A DNA stretch of 24,000 nt from Deltaproteobacteria bacterium (GCA_016874715.1 VGTK01000010.1:21418-45417), one strand, 5' to 3'; positions 7,623 through 18,111 are shown, counted from the stretch's first letter. A program made the numbers and translations. Notes: a model not told the origin generated them from the sequence alone.

Positions 7623-9035
7623 TCAGCGCTCGCGGAGGCTGGCTGCGAGGCGCGCCACCACCCCGCCGAAGGCACCGTTCGACAGCGCCACCACCACGTC
7701 ACCCGGCTCGGCCTCACGCTCGACCAGGTCCGCGACCGCCTCGTGCGTGTCGAGCGCGCACGCGGTCGCCGCCGTGCGCCCGGCGTCGCGCGCCGCTTCG
7801 TCGGGCGAGAAGCGCTCCGCCTCCGCGAGCTTGCCCTGCTCGTGCACCGGACCCACGATCACGCGGTCCGCCGCGCCGAGGGCCTCGCCGATCTCGCGCT
7901 GGAACGTGCGCCGTCGGCTCGTGTTCGAGCGCGGGTCGAACATCGCCCACACGCGGCGTCCGGGGTAACGACTCCGCACGGCAGCGATCGTCGCGGCGAT
8001 GGCGGTCGGGTGGTGCGCGAAGTCGTCGATCAGCGTGACCGGCTCCGCAACCAGCACCTGCTGGCGCCGCCGCACGCCGTGGAAGCCGGCGGCGGCGCGC
8101 CGGATCGCGTCTGCCTCGACGCCGAGCGCGCGGCAGATCGCCGTCACGCCGAGCACGTTGCGCGCGTTCATCGTCCCGAGGAGCGGCGTGGCGAGCGCGA
8201 TCTCCTCGCGCGGACCCGCGGCGACGAAGCGCAGCCCGTCCGGCGTGTCCTCGAGCCCGCGCACCGACCAGTCGGCGCCGCGTGCCGGGTCGTCGCTGAA
8301 GGTGAGGAACGGCTTGCCCGCACGCTTCGCGACGTCGACGGCGTGCGGGAAGTCGGCGCAGACGAGCAGCGGTGCGCCGGCGGGCAGCAGGCCGATCAGG
8401 CGCTCGAAGCTCTGCTTGACGTGGTCGAGATCGCGGTAGATGTCGGCGTGGTCGAACTCGACCGCGTTGAGTAGCAGGGCCTGCGGGCAGTAGTGGAAGA
8501 ACTTCGCCTCCTTGTCGAAGTACGCCGAGTCGTACTCGTCGCCCTCGAGCACGAACTCGCGGCCGGCACCGAGCGCGTAGCTCCGTGGCAGGTCGAGCGG
8601 CATGCCGCCGATGAACCAGCCCGGATCGCGGCCCGCCTCGCGCAGGACCGTCGCGCAGAAGGTCGCGGTCGTCGTCTTGCCGTGCGTCCCCGCGACGACG
8701 ACCGGAAGCCGCTCCGGCAGGCACAGCCACTCGAGCGCCTCGGGCAGCGAGATCGTCGGGATGCCCAGAAGACGCGCCGCGATCGCCTCGGGGTTCTTCG
8801 CCGGGATCGCGTTGCCCATCACGACGAGGTCGGGGCGCGGCTCGAGGTTCTCGGCGCGATAGCCCTTCGCGACCGGAACGCCGAGGCGCGCGAGCTCGTC
8901 GCTCGCCGGTGGATAGATCTCGAGGTCCGAGCCGCGCACGCGATGGCCCAGCTCGGCGAGCAGGCCCGCGAGCGCCGCCATGCCGACGCCGCCGATGGCG
9001 GTCATGTGGATCGAGCGCTGTGCCGCGATCTTCAA
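7623..9035 (-). CDS. mpl: UDP-N-acetylmuramate:L-alanyl-gamma-D-glutamyl-meso-diaminopimelate ligase
   Basis: IHMTAIGGVGMAALAGLLAELGHRVRGSD...VVMGNAIPAKNPE...VVVAGTHGKTTTATF...FVLEGDEYDSAYFDKEAKFFHYCPQALLLNAVEFDHADIY...VTLIDDFAHHPTAIAATI...WAMFDPRSNTSRRRTFQ. TTG start at 9033-9035 inferred. Confidence 0.94.
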   Translation of the reverse strand: MKIAAQRSIHMTAIGGVGMAALAGLLAELGHRVRGSDLEIYPPASDELARLGVPVAKGYRAENLEPRPDLVVMGNAIPAKNPEAIAARLLGIPTISLPEALEWLCLPERLPVVVAGTHGKTTTATFCATVLREAGRDPGWFIGGMPLDLPRSYALGAGREFVLEGDEYDSAYFDKEAKFFHYCPQALLLNAVEFDHADIYRDLDHVKQSFERLIGLLPAGAPLLVCADFPHAVDVAKRAGKPFLTFSDDPARGADWSVRGLEDTPDGLRFVAAGPREEIALATPLLGTMNARNVLGVTAICRALGVEADAIRRAAAGFHGVRRRQQVLVAEPVTLIDDFAHHPTAIAATIAAVRSRYPGRRVWAMFDPRSNTSRRRTFQREIGEALGAADRVIVGPVHEQGKLAEAERFSPDEAARDAGRTAATACALDTHEAVADLVEREAEPGDVVVALSNGAFGGVVARLAASLRER

Positions 9036-10213
9036 CGAACGGTCTCCATGACGAGATCGTGGATCCGGGGCCGGAACTCGACGAGCTTGTCGTTGTCGCG
9101 AGTCGGGTGCACGCGGTTGGTGAGCAGGATGACGTCGATGCCGCGCTCGAGGTCGAGCCACAGCGACACCCCGGTGAAGCCGAGGTGCCCGACGGTGTGC
9201 GGCGACATCATCGTCCCGGCCATCGAGCGCTGCGGCGACGGCGAGTCCCAGCCGAGCGTGCGCGTCGATCCCGGAACGCTGGTGTCGCGCGTCCACATCT
9301 GGTCGACGAGATCCTTCGGAAGGATCCCCGGAGCGCCGCCCGCGATCGCCCTGAGGTGGTTCGCGATGGTCTCGACGTCACGGGCGGTGCCGAAGAGCCC
9401 GGCGTGTCCCGCGACGCCGCCCATCGCGTATGCGTTCTCGTCATCGACCTCGCCGCACAGGACGCGCTTGCGCCAGGGGCAGCGCTGCGTCGGCGCGATC
9501 ATGTCGCGGATCGGCTCGACGCGCTTCTGCCGGAGCTGCGAGAGGTCGACGAACGCCGTCGACGACAGCCCCAGCGGCGCGAAGATGCGGGCGTGGCAGA
9601 AGCGGTCGAGCGTCTGCCCCGACACGCCCTCGACGACCTGACCGAGCACCATGAAGCCGAGATCGCTGTAGGCGACGCGCGTACCGGGCGGCGCCTCGAG
9701 CTTCTCGCGATGCACCTGCTCGTAGACCCACTCCTTCGCCTCGCGGCTCGCGACGAAGTTCGGCCGGCCGCGCTTCTCGAGCGCGGCGACCTCCTTGAAG
9801 TACGGTCGGTGCGCGGCGAGCCCCGAGGAGTGCGTCAGCAGGTGGCGGAACGTGACGTGCGTCTTCCCGTGCACGCCGAAGTTGTGGAAGAAGCGCGTCA
9901 CGCGGTCGTCGAGGGCGAGCCGCTTCGCGCGCACCAGCATCATCACCGCGAGCGTCGTGGCGAGTGGCTTGGTGAGGGACGAGAGATCGAACACGACCTC
10001 GGGCCGCATCGGCATGCGCTCGGCCTCGCTCGACGTCGGTGTCGGGTCCGCGGACCTCGCGGGAGGAGCCGGCGGCCGCGCTTCGTTCGACCGGCTGCCC
10101 ACCGCGCGCTCGAGCAGCGTCTCGCCGTTGCGGCTCACGAGAAGGACGGCACCGGGAAAGACGCCGCGCTGCGCGGCTTCCTCGAGCGCGCGCTCGACTG
10201 CCGAGAAGTCCAT
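9032..10213 (-). CDS. Serine hydrolase, beta-lactamase class C / penicillin-binding-protein-like
   Basis: SxxK motif in FDLSSLTKPLATTLAVMMLV, YSD in VAYSDLGFMVLGQVVEGVSG, and C-terminal HTVGHLGFTGVSLWLD. ATG at 10211-10213. Confidence 0.9.
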   Translation of the reverse strand: MDFSAVERALEEAAQRGVFPGAVLLVSRNGETLLERAVGSRSNEARPPAPPARSADPTPTSSEAERMPMRPEVVFDLSSLTKPLATTLAVMMLVRAKRLALDDRVTRFFHNFGVHGKTHVTFRHLLTHSSGLAAHRPYFKEVAALEKRGRPNFVASREAKEWVYEQVHREKLEAPPGTRVAYSDLGFMVLGQVVEGVSGQTLDRFCHARIFAPLGLSSTAFVDLSQLRQKRVEPIRDMIAPTQRCPWRKRVLCGEVDDENAYAMGGVAGHAGLFGTARDVETIANHLRAIAGGAPGILPKDLVDQMWTRDTSVPGSTRTLGWDSPSPQRSMAGTMMSPHTVGHLGFTGVSLWLDLERGIDVILLTNRVHPTRDNDKLVEFRPRIHDLVMETVR

Positions 10214-10214
10214 C

Positions 10215-11150
10215 TCAGGCCACCAGCGGCTCGAGGCCTTGCAGCACGCCCCCTTCGACGCCGGCGGAGCCACCGGCTTCGATGCGCAGACGCGCCGCGA
10301 CACCGAGCGGCACCGCGTAGTGCACCGGTCCGTGGCCGACCGGGGCGCCGAAGCCGATCGGCACGCCGAGCCCGCCGAGGCAGTCGGCGATCGCGTCGCA
10401 GAGATCGTCGGCCGGGCCGCAGTCGGGCAGCGAGCCGAAGAGGATGCCGCGCACGTCGTCGAGCACCCGCGACTGCCGGAGCTGCACCAGCATGCGGTCG
10501 ATCCGCCGCAGCGGCCTCTCGGCGACGTCCTCGAGCAGCGCGATGCCGCCGGCGAAGCGCGGCTCGAGCGGCGTACCGGCGAGCGACGCGAGCACCGTGA
10601 GACAGCCGCCGTAGACCGGCCCCTCGGCCGTGCCGGCGACGATCGTGCGCGGGACGGGTACGCGCCACGCCGCCGAGCCGCCGAGAATCTCGAGGAGATG
10701 GTCGACCGTTCCGGCATCGCGCTGGGCGACGAGGTCCATCGCGACCATGGGGCCGTGCAGGGCCGCGACCCGCGCGTGCTGCACCATCAGCTGCAGAAGC
10801 GCCGTCGCGTCGCTGAAGCCGATGCACAGCTTCGCGTGCCGGCGGAGCCACGCCGGCTCGATCTCCGGCAGGAAGCGCGCAATGCCGTAGCCGCCGCGGG
10901 CGCACCAGACGGCCCGCACCTCCGGATCGGCGAACGCAGCGAGGAGCTGTGCGCGGCGCTGGTCGTCGCGCGCCGCGAAGATGCGCCACGACGCGGCAGG
11001 CTCGGGCAGGGACACGCGGAAGCCCAGCTCTTCGAGCAGCGCCGCGCCACGGGCGAGGCGGTCGGCATCGACGGGCCCCGACGGTGTGACGACGGCCACC
11101 CGGTCGCCCGGGCGCAACGCCGCCGGCCTGATCAGCCTCGCTGCATCCAT
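10215..11150 (-). CDS. ldcA: Muramoyltetrapeptide (LD-)carboxypeptidase, S66 family
   Basis: RPGDRVAVVTPSGPVD...VRAVWCARGGYGIARFLPEI...KLCIGFSDATALLQLM...GPVYGGCLTVLASLAGTPLEPRF...LLEDVAE...GAPVGHGPVHYAVPLG. The Ser, Glu and His catalytic regions are all present. Confidence 0.93.
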   Translation of the reverse strand: MDAARLIRPAALRPGDRVAVVTPSGPVDADRLARGAALLEELGFRVSLPEPAASWRIFAARDDQRRAQLLAAFADPEVRAVWCARGGYGIARFLPEIEPAWLRRHAKLCIGFSDATALLQLMVQHARVAALHGPMVAMDLVAQRDAGTVDHLLEILGGSAAWRVPVPRTIVAGTAEGPVYGGCLTVLASLAGTPLEPRFAGGIALLEDVAERPLRRIDRMLVQLRQSRVLDDVRGILFGSLPDCGPADDLCDAIADCLGGLGVPIGFGAPVGHGPVHYAVPLGVAARLRIEAGGSAGVEGGVLQGLEPLVA

Positions 11151-11326
11151 GCCCCGTCTACCCCACCGCTCGAAGGTCGCGCTGCAGCGCTAGACAACAC
11201 ACCGACGTTGCGTAGTCGAGGCCGCCGGCCCGAGCGGTTGAAATGCCGCCGCTGCGTGGTAGTCCGAGCGCGGGCGTCGTGCGTCGCGATCGGTGACCGC
11301 CCGCGTCCCGCCCCGTTTCCGTGCGG

Positions 11327-11608
11327 ATGTCATCACAGCAGCTGTCGAGCCTCGGGCGAACGATCGTCGACGCGCTCGTGCGTGCAGACCTGGTCACCCT
11401 CGCGGGACCGGCCGACACCGCGGCAAAGGCGATCGCGGACGAGGTCGACGCCTACCAGAAGGCGGCGGCGAAGCTCGGGGCCGACGCCGAGCGCCTGGCC
11501 GACGACCACCTGCGCCAGCTGCGCGCCGGCAGCGCCGGCATCGACCGCCACCGGGTCGTCCAGATGATCCGTACCAAGCTCGCTGAGGAGCGGGGCCTCC
11601 CCGTCTGA
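11327..11608 (+). CDS. DUF507-like small protein (first of a tandem pair)
   Basis: MSSQQLSSLGRTIVDALVRADLVTLAG...DEVDAYQKAAAKLGADAERLADDHLRQLRAGSAGIDRHRVVQMIRTKLAEERGLPV. Small helical protein adjacent to a clear DUF507. The alternative GTG start at 11321 is also in frame. Confidence 0.65.
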   Translation: MSSQQLSSLGRTIVDALVRADLVTLAGPADTAAKAIADEVDAYQKAAAKLGADAERLADDHLRQLRAGSAGIDRHRVVQMIRTKLAEERGLPV

Positions 11609-11610
11609 CC

Positions 11611-11880
11611 ATGCGCCTCAGCGAGTCCCTTTCGTCCTACCTCGCCCACCGGGCGATCGAAGCGCTCCGCAAGTCGGGAGCTGCGATCCGCAACGACCGC
11701 CTGGCCCTGGCCGAAGTCAAGAAGGCCCTGGCCCGGGCGCTCGACCGCGACCCGCGAATCGACGAGGCCGTCGCACGGCGCATCGCGTCGTTGAGTCGAC
11801 CGGTCCCCGTCGGCAGCGCGGAGTACGAGGTCCTTCACCGCCAGTACTACGAGCAGGAGATCGCCAAGAACCGTCGTTGA
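11611..11880 (+). CDS. DUF507-family protein
   Basis: MRLSESLSSYLAHRAIEALRKSGAAIRNDRLALAEVKKALARALDRDPRIDEAVARRIASLSRPVPVGSAEYEVLHRQYYEQEIAKNRR has the typical length and the terminal GSxEYxVLxRxYYExE pattern. Confidence 0.85.
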   Translation: MRLSESLSSYLAHRAIEALRKSGAAIRNDRLALAEVKKALARALDRDPRIDEAVARRIASLSRPVPVGSAEYEVLHRQYYEQEIAKNRR

Positions 11881-11899
11881 AGAAGCGCCGGTCGGTCTC

Positions 11900-11926
11900 T
11901 TGACACTGATTCGGTCGTGGTTACTT
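11900..11926 (+). promoter_or_regulatory. Candidate promoter -35 region (TTGACA) upstream of groES
   Basis: Perfect TTGACA at 11900-11905 in the 153-nt DUF507-groES gap. The downstream -10 is poor (ttactt at 11921-11926, 15-nt spacer). Confidence 0.3.
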
Positions 11927-12033
11927 CCGCTGCCGTCTTGGTAGGGTCCGCGCGACCCGCCCGGGGCGAGCCTCGACCACTACCGAGCAAGATCTGATTC
12001 CTCGCGAATCACGTTGAAAGGAGAGGGAACTAG

Positions 12034-12321
12034 ATGAAGATCCGACCGTTGCAGGACCGCGTCATCGTCAAGCGGGTCGCGGAGGAGGAGAAGTCGAAGG
12101 GCGGCATCATCATCCCCGACACGGCGAAGGAAAAGCCGCAAGAGGGGAAGGTCATCGCAGCCGGCAAGGGCAAGGTCGGGGACGACGGCAAGATTCGCCC
12201 GCTCGACGTCAAGGCCGGCGACCGCATCCTCTTCGGCAAGTACTCCGGAACCGAGATCAAGATCGACGGCGAGGAGCACCTGATCCTGCGCGAGGACGAC
12301 ATCCTCGGCGTCCTCGAGTGA
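12034..12321 (+). CDS. groES: Co-chaperonin GroES
   Basis: [48 protein letters not shown]...[47 protein letters not shown] Shine-Dalgarno upstream. Confidence 0.99.
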   Translation: MKIRPLQDRVIVKRVAEEEKSKGGIIIPDTAKEKPQEGKVIAAGKGKVGDDGKIRPLDVKAGDRILFGKYSGTEIKIDGEEHLILREDDILGVLE

Positions 12322-12368
12322 CGTCGGACCGATACCGTCTCCCGACAGCGCGTCATCAGATTAAATAG

Positions 12369-14045
<1,677 letters not shown>

Positions 14046-14069
14046 GCCGTCCCGCCCCGACGGGCTGGA

Positions 14070-14098
14070 GAGGGCGTGGGGAAACCCACGCCCTCTTT
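14070..14098 (+). terminator. Intrinsic terminator downstream of groL
   Basis: gagggcgtggg-gaaa-cccacgccctc-ttt: perfect 11-bp stem with a GAAA tetraloop, followed by TTT, starting 24 nt after the groL stop. Confidence 0.9.
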
Positions 14099-14232
14099 CC
14101 GTTTGCAGATCCGGCGCGTTCGCAGGTCCGGCGATTGACTTCCGATCGGGTGCTTACTAGGGTCAGGCCACCCCGCAATCCTGATCCCACGGTACTTTTC
14201 CGCGACCTGCCCGGGCTCCTCGCGGTCATTCC

Positions 14233-15579
14233 ATGTTCGACTCACTATCCGACAAGCTCGAAGGCGTCTTCCGGCGGATCCGTGGAACCGGGAAGCTGAC
14301 CGAGGCCAACATCGAGGAGGCGATGCGCGACGTGCGCCTGGCGCTGCTCGAGGCCGATGTCCACTTCCAGGTCACCAAGTCCTTCATCGAGAAGGTTCGC
14401 GAGCGCGCGCTCGGACAGGAGGTCCTGCGCAGCCTCTCGCCCGAGCAGCACCTCATCAAGATCGTCCACCAGGAGCTCGTGGGCGTCATGGGCGGCGCGG
14501 CCGGCAAGCTCGACCTCTCGGGCGACGTGCCGGCGGTGGTCATGCTCGTCGGGCTCCAGGGCTCCGGCAAGACGACCACGGCGGCGAAGCTCGCGAAGCA
14601 CCTGATCGAGGCGCGAAAGCGCAGGCCGTACCTGGTCCCGCTCGACCTCTCCCGTCCGGCCGCGATCCAGCAGCTGAAGACGCTGGCGAGCCAGGTCGGA
14701 AGCGGCTGCGCCGTGCACGATACGCCCGAGCAGGGCGGCGACCCGGTGCGGATCGCGCGCGACGCGATCACGAAGGCGCGCAACGCGGGCTTCGAGACCG
14801 TGATCCTCGACACCGCCGGCCGGCTCGCGATCGACGAGCGTCTGATGGGCGAGCTGCGCGCCGTCCGCGACGCAGTCAAGCCGCGCCAGACGATCTTCGT
14901 CGCCGACGCGATGACCGGTCAGGACGCGGTCGCGGTCGCGTCCGGGTTCCGCGACGGCGTCGGCATCGATGGCGTCGTGCTGTCCAAGATGGAGGGCGAC
15001 GCCCGCGGCGGCGCTGCCCTGTCGATCTTTGCCACGGTGCAGAAGCCGCTGCTCTTCGTGGGTGTCGGCGAGAAGCTCGACGCGCTCGAGATCTTCCACC
15101 CGGACCGGGTCGCTTCGCGAATCCTCGGCATGGGCGACATGCTGTCGCTCATCGAGAAGGCCCAGTCGGCCTACGACCAGAAGCAGGCCGAGCAGCTCCA
15201 GGCGAAGCTCAAGAAGGATACGTTCACACTCGAGGACTTCCGCGACCAGCTGCGCACGGTCAAGAAGATGGGGTCGGTCGCCGACCTGATCGGCATGATC
15301 CCGGGCATGAAGCGCTTCGCCGGCGGCAACGAGCTGGCGGGCGCCGACGACGAGCTCAAGCGCATCGAGGCGATCATCAACTCGATGACCAGGCAGGAGC
15401 GCCGCGATCACCTGATCCTCAACGGCAGCCGCCGCAAGCGCATCGCCATCGGCAGCGGGACCAGCGTCGCCGAGGTGAACAAGTTCCTCAAGCAGTACCA
15501 GCAGGCGAAGAAGATGATGAAGTCCTTGAGTCGGGGCGCCGGCAAGGGGCTTCTTGCCCAGCTGCAGGGCGGGCGTTAA
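14233..15579 (+). CDS. ffh: Signal recognition particle protein Ffh
   Basis: MFDSLSDKLEGVFRRIRGTGKLTEANIEEAMRDVRLALLEADV...VGLQGSGKTTTAAKLA...DTAGRLAIDE...TKMEG-equivalent LSKMEGDARGGAALS, plus a C-terminal M-domain (FTLEDFRDQLRTVKKMGSV...MIPGMKR). Confidence 0.98.
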   Translation: MFDSLSDKLEGVFRRIRGTGKLTEANIEEAMRDVRLALLEADVHFQVTKSFIEKVRERALGQEVLRSLSPEQHLIKIVHQELVGVMGGAAGKLDLSGDVPAVVMLVGLQGSGKTTTAAKLAKHLIEARKRRPYLVPLDLSRPAAIQQLKTLASQVGSGCAVHDTPEQGGDPVRIARDAITKARNAGFETVILDTAGRLAIDERLMGELRAVRDAVKPRQTIFVADAMTGQDAVAVASGFRDGVGIDGVVLSKMEGDARGGAALSIFATVQKPLLFVGVGEKLDALEIFHPDRVASRILGMGDMLSLIEKAQSAYDQKQAEQLQAKLKKDTFTLEDFRDQLRTVKKMGSVADLIGMIPGMKRFAGGNELAGADDELKRIEAIINSMTRQERRDHLILNGSRRKRIAIGSGTSVAEVNKFLKQYQQAKKMMKSLSRGAGKGLLAQLQGGR

Positions 15580-15693
15580 CAACAGCGGTTGCGGGCCGGA
15601 GGCCCGGGTCCTCCTGGTACCCGCTGCGGTGCCGGGCCCGAGTTCGGGTTCGGGCGAGCCACGATCGACCTACGAGGACGCAAGGAGAAGCTG

Positions 15694-15969
15694 ATGGCAA
15701 CGAGAATCCGCCTGACCCGGCACGGGAGCAAGAAGCACCCGTTCTATCGCGTGGTTGCGGCCACGACCGAGGCGCCCCGCGATGGCCGCTTCATCGAGCA
15801 GCTGGGGCACTACGACCCGACGCGCGAGCCGGCGATCATCAACCTGAAGCTCGACAAGATCGAGACCTGGGTGCGCCACGGTGCGCTGCCGACCCCGACC
15901 GTCGCCCGCCTCATGAAGAAGGCGGGCTGGAAGGGCCACAGCCCGTCAGCCAAGGCCTCCGAGAGCTGA
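15694..15969 (+). CDS. rpsP: 30S ribosomal protein S16
   Basis: MATRIRLTRHGSKKHPFYRVVAATTEAPRDGRFIEQLGHYDPTREPAIINLKLDKIETWVRHGALPTPTVARLMKKAG. aaggag upstream of the ATG at 15694. Confidence 0.98.
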   Translation: MATRIRLTRHGSKKHPFYRVVAATTEAPRDGRFIEQLGHYDPTREPAIINLKLDKIETWVRHGALPTPTVARLMKKAGWKGHSPSAKASES

Positions 15970-15971
15970 CC

Positions 15972-16208
15972 ATGAGAGAGCTGGTCGAGATGCTGGCGAA
16001 ACACCTCGTCAACCACCCGGACAAGGTCGAAGTGAAGGAGACGATCGGCGACACGGCCTCCGTCATCGAGCTCCGGGTGGCAGTCGAGGATCTCGGCAGG
16101 ATCATCGGCAAGCAGGGCCGGACGGCCAAGTCGATCCGCGCCCTGGTCAACGCAGCGGCCTCGCGCCTGAACCGCAAGGTCGTCCTCGAGATCATCGAAG
16201 ACAAGTAA
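15972..16208 (+). CDS. khpA: KH-domain RNA-binding protein (KhpA family)
   Basis: MRELVEMLAKHLVNHPDKVEVKETIGDTASVIELRVAVEDLGRIIGKQGRTAKSIRALVNAAASRLNRKVVLEIIED contains GxxG KH motif (IIGKQGRT). Confidence 0.95.
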   Translation: MRELVEMLAKHLVNHPDKVEVKETIGDTASVIELRVAVEDLGRIIGKQGRTAKSIRALVNAAASRLNRKVVLEIIEDK

Positions 16209-16219
16209 GCGTCACGCAG

Positions 16220-16780
16220 ATTTCCACGACCGCCCCCCCTCCTGGAGCCGCCTCCAGCCTCCCCGTCGGGAAGCTCGTAGCCGGTCACGGCGTGCGCGGC
16301 CTGGCGCGGGTGAAGCCGTTCAACCCGGCCTCGCCCACGCTGACGACCTGCAAGCAGGTCTGGCTCGTCCACGAGCGCTCGGGCAGGCGTACGTCGTTCC
16401 GCATCCGCGAGAACCGGCGCCACAAGGGGCACTTCCTGCTCGGGTTCGAAGGCATCGACTCGCTGACCGCCCTCGAGCCCTGGATCGGCAGCTTCGTCGA
16501 GGCGGACACCGATCTGGTCCCCACCGCGGGAGCAGGCGAGGTCTACCACTTCGAGGTCGTCGGCCTCGAGGTCCGGACCGTCGCGGGCGAGAACCTGGGG
16601 ACCGTGACCGAGGTCATGGCGCTGCCCGCCCAGGACGTCTGGGTGATCCACAGCCGGGGCCACGCGGACGGAAAGCCGCGCGAGATCCTGCTGCCCGCGG
16701 TCGAACCGGTGGTGTGCGAGATCGATCTCGCCGCCCGGGTCGCGATCGTCGACCCACCGCCAGGACTCATCGACCCCTGA
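16220..16780 (+). CDS. rimM: 16S rRNA processing protein RimM (start codon uncertain, probably non-canonical ATT at 16220)
   Basis: In-frame translation SLPVGKLVAGHGVRGLARVKPFNP...LEPWIGSFVEADTDLVPT...YHFEVVGLEVRTVAGENLGTVTEVMALPAQDVWVIH...REILLPAVEPVVCEIDLAARVAIVDPPPGLIDP gives a complete RimM. The first ATG/GTG/TTG in frame is GTG 16292, downstream of the conserved GKLVAGHG. Confidence 0.9.
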   Translation: MSTTAPPPGAASSLPVGKLVAGHGVRGLARVKPFNPASPTLTTCKQVWLVHERSGRRTSFRIRENRRHKGHFLLGFEGIDSLTALEPWIGSFVEADTDLVPTAGAGEVYHFEVVGLEVRTVAGENLGTVTEVMALPAQDVWVIHSRGHADGKPREILLPAVEPVVCEIDLAARVAIVDPPPGLIDP

Positions 16781-16790
16781 CGCCCGGGCC

Positions 16791-17513
16791 ATGCGCATCG
16801 AAGTCCTGACGATCTTCCCCGAGTACTTCTCCGGGGTCCTGTCGACGAGCCTGCTCGGCAAGGCGGTCGCTCGTGGCACGCTCGAGGTGCACCTCCACCA
16901 GCTGCGGGACTGGACCACCGACAAGCACCGGACCGTCGACGACACACCGTACGGCGGTGGGCACGGCATGGTCATGAAGATCGAGCCGCTGGCCCTGGCA
17001 CTCGAGGCGATCAGCCCGCCTGGCGCTCACCGCGTGCTGTTCAGCGCGCGCGGGCACCGCTTCACGCAGGGGGTCGCGCACCGGCTCGCCGGGCTGCCCT
17101 CGCTGGTCCTGGTCTGCGGCCGGTACGAGGGTGTCGACGAGCGGATCGGCTCGTTCATCGACGAGCAGCTCTGCATCGGCGACTACGTGCTGTCCGGCGG
17201 CGAAGCCGCCGCGGCAGTCGTCATCGAAGCGGTCTCGCGCCTGATCCCGGGGGTGATCGGCAACGAGGGCTCGTTGCACGAGGAGTCCTTCGCCGCGGGG
17301 CTGCTCGAGTACCCGCAGTACACGCGCCCGGAGGTGTTCCGCGAGCTGCGCGTGCCCGACGTCCTGCTGTCGGGGAACCACGCCGAGATCGCACGCTGGC
17401 GGCGGGCGCAGGCCGAGGCCGCGACGACCGAGCGCCGGCCCGACATGCGGACCGGCACCGGCGCGCCTGCAGACTCGGCTCCGGCGCCGGCAAAGCCGAA
17501 GAAACACGAGTGA
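16791..17513 (+). CDS. trmD: tRNA (guanine-N1)-methyltransferase TrmD
   Basis: [29 protein letters not shown]...[31 protein letters not shown]...[52 protein letters not shown]. Confidence 0.98.
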   Translation: MRIEVLTIFPEYFSGVLSTSLLGKAVARGTLEVHLHQLRDWTTDKHRTVDDTPYGGGHGMVMKIEPLALALEAISPPGAHRVLFSARGHRFTQGVAHRLAGLPSLVLVCGRYEGVDERIGSFIDEQLCIGDYVLSGGEAAAAVVIEAVSRLIPGVIGNEGSLHEESFAAGLLEYPQYTRPEVFRELRVPDVLLSGNHAEIARWRRAQAEAATTERRPDMRTGTGAPADSAPAPAKPKKHE

Positions 17514-18073
17514 AATCGAGCCTTTATCTGGCACTCGTGCACCACCCCGTGCTCGACCGGCAGGGCGCGACCGTCACCACGTCGATCACCAACATGGACG
17601 TGCACGACATCGCGCGCACCGGCCGGACCTTCGGCGTTCGCCGCTTCTACGTGGTCCACCCCGTGCCGGGCCTCCGATCGCTCGCCGAGCGCATCGTCGA
17701 GCACTGGCGAAGTGGGTACGGAAGTCGTTACAACCCCTCCCGCCACGAGGCGCTGGGGCGTGTGGAGGTCGAGCCCGACCTCGACCACGTCATCGCCGCG
17801 GTGGAGCAGGACAGCGGCTGCATGCCGCGCCTGGTCGCCACCACGGCCCGCGAGCGTTCCGGGGCAATGCGCTACGACGAACTGGCCAGGCACCTCGCGG
17901 ACGGCGAGGACGCCTGGCTGCTGCTTTTTGGAACGGGATACGGTATGTGCGACGAGGTCTTCGATCGCTGCGAGGCGCACCTCGAGCCGGTTCACGGCGT
18001 CGACGGCTACAATCACCTCTCCGTGCGATCGGCGGCTGCCGTGATCCTCGACCGCCTGACACGTCCGCGCTGA
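17510..18073 (+). CDS. Predicted SPOUT-class RNA methyltransferase (RNA_Me_trans family)
   Basis: [48 protein letters not shown]...[50 protein letters not shown] start overlaps the trmD stop (GTGA). Confidence 0.85.
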   Translation: MKSSLYLALVHHPVLDRQGATVTTSITNMDVHDIARTGRTFGVRRFYVVHPVPGLRSLAERIVEHWRSGYGSRYNPSRHEALGRVEVEPDLDHVIAAVEQDSGCMPRLVATTARERSGAMRYDELARHLADGEDAWLLLFGTGYGMCDEVFDRCEAHLEPVHGVDGYNHLSVRSAAAVILDRLTRPR

Positions 18074-18111
18074 GTCGCCTGGATCCAGATCTGCCTAGAA
18101 GGAATTTCGAG

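Noticed and set aside
9032-10210. Apparent 561-aa fusion ORF (9032..10717)
   Set aside because: The first 168 residues are an out-of-frame reading of ldcA with no family features; the hydrolase begins at ATG 10213.
14245-15582. 445-aa minus-strand ORF antisense to ffh
   Set aside because: Same GC/codon-bias artefact; composition is reverse-frame-like and the sense strand encodes Ffh.
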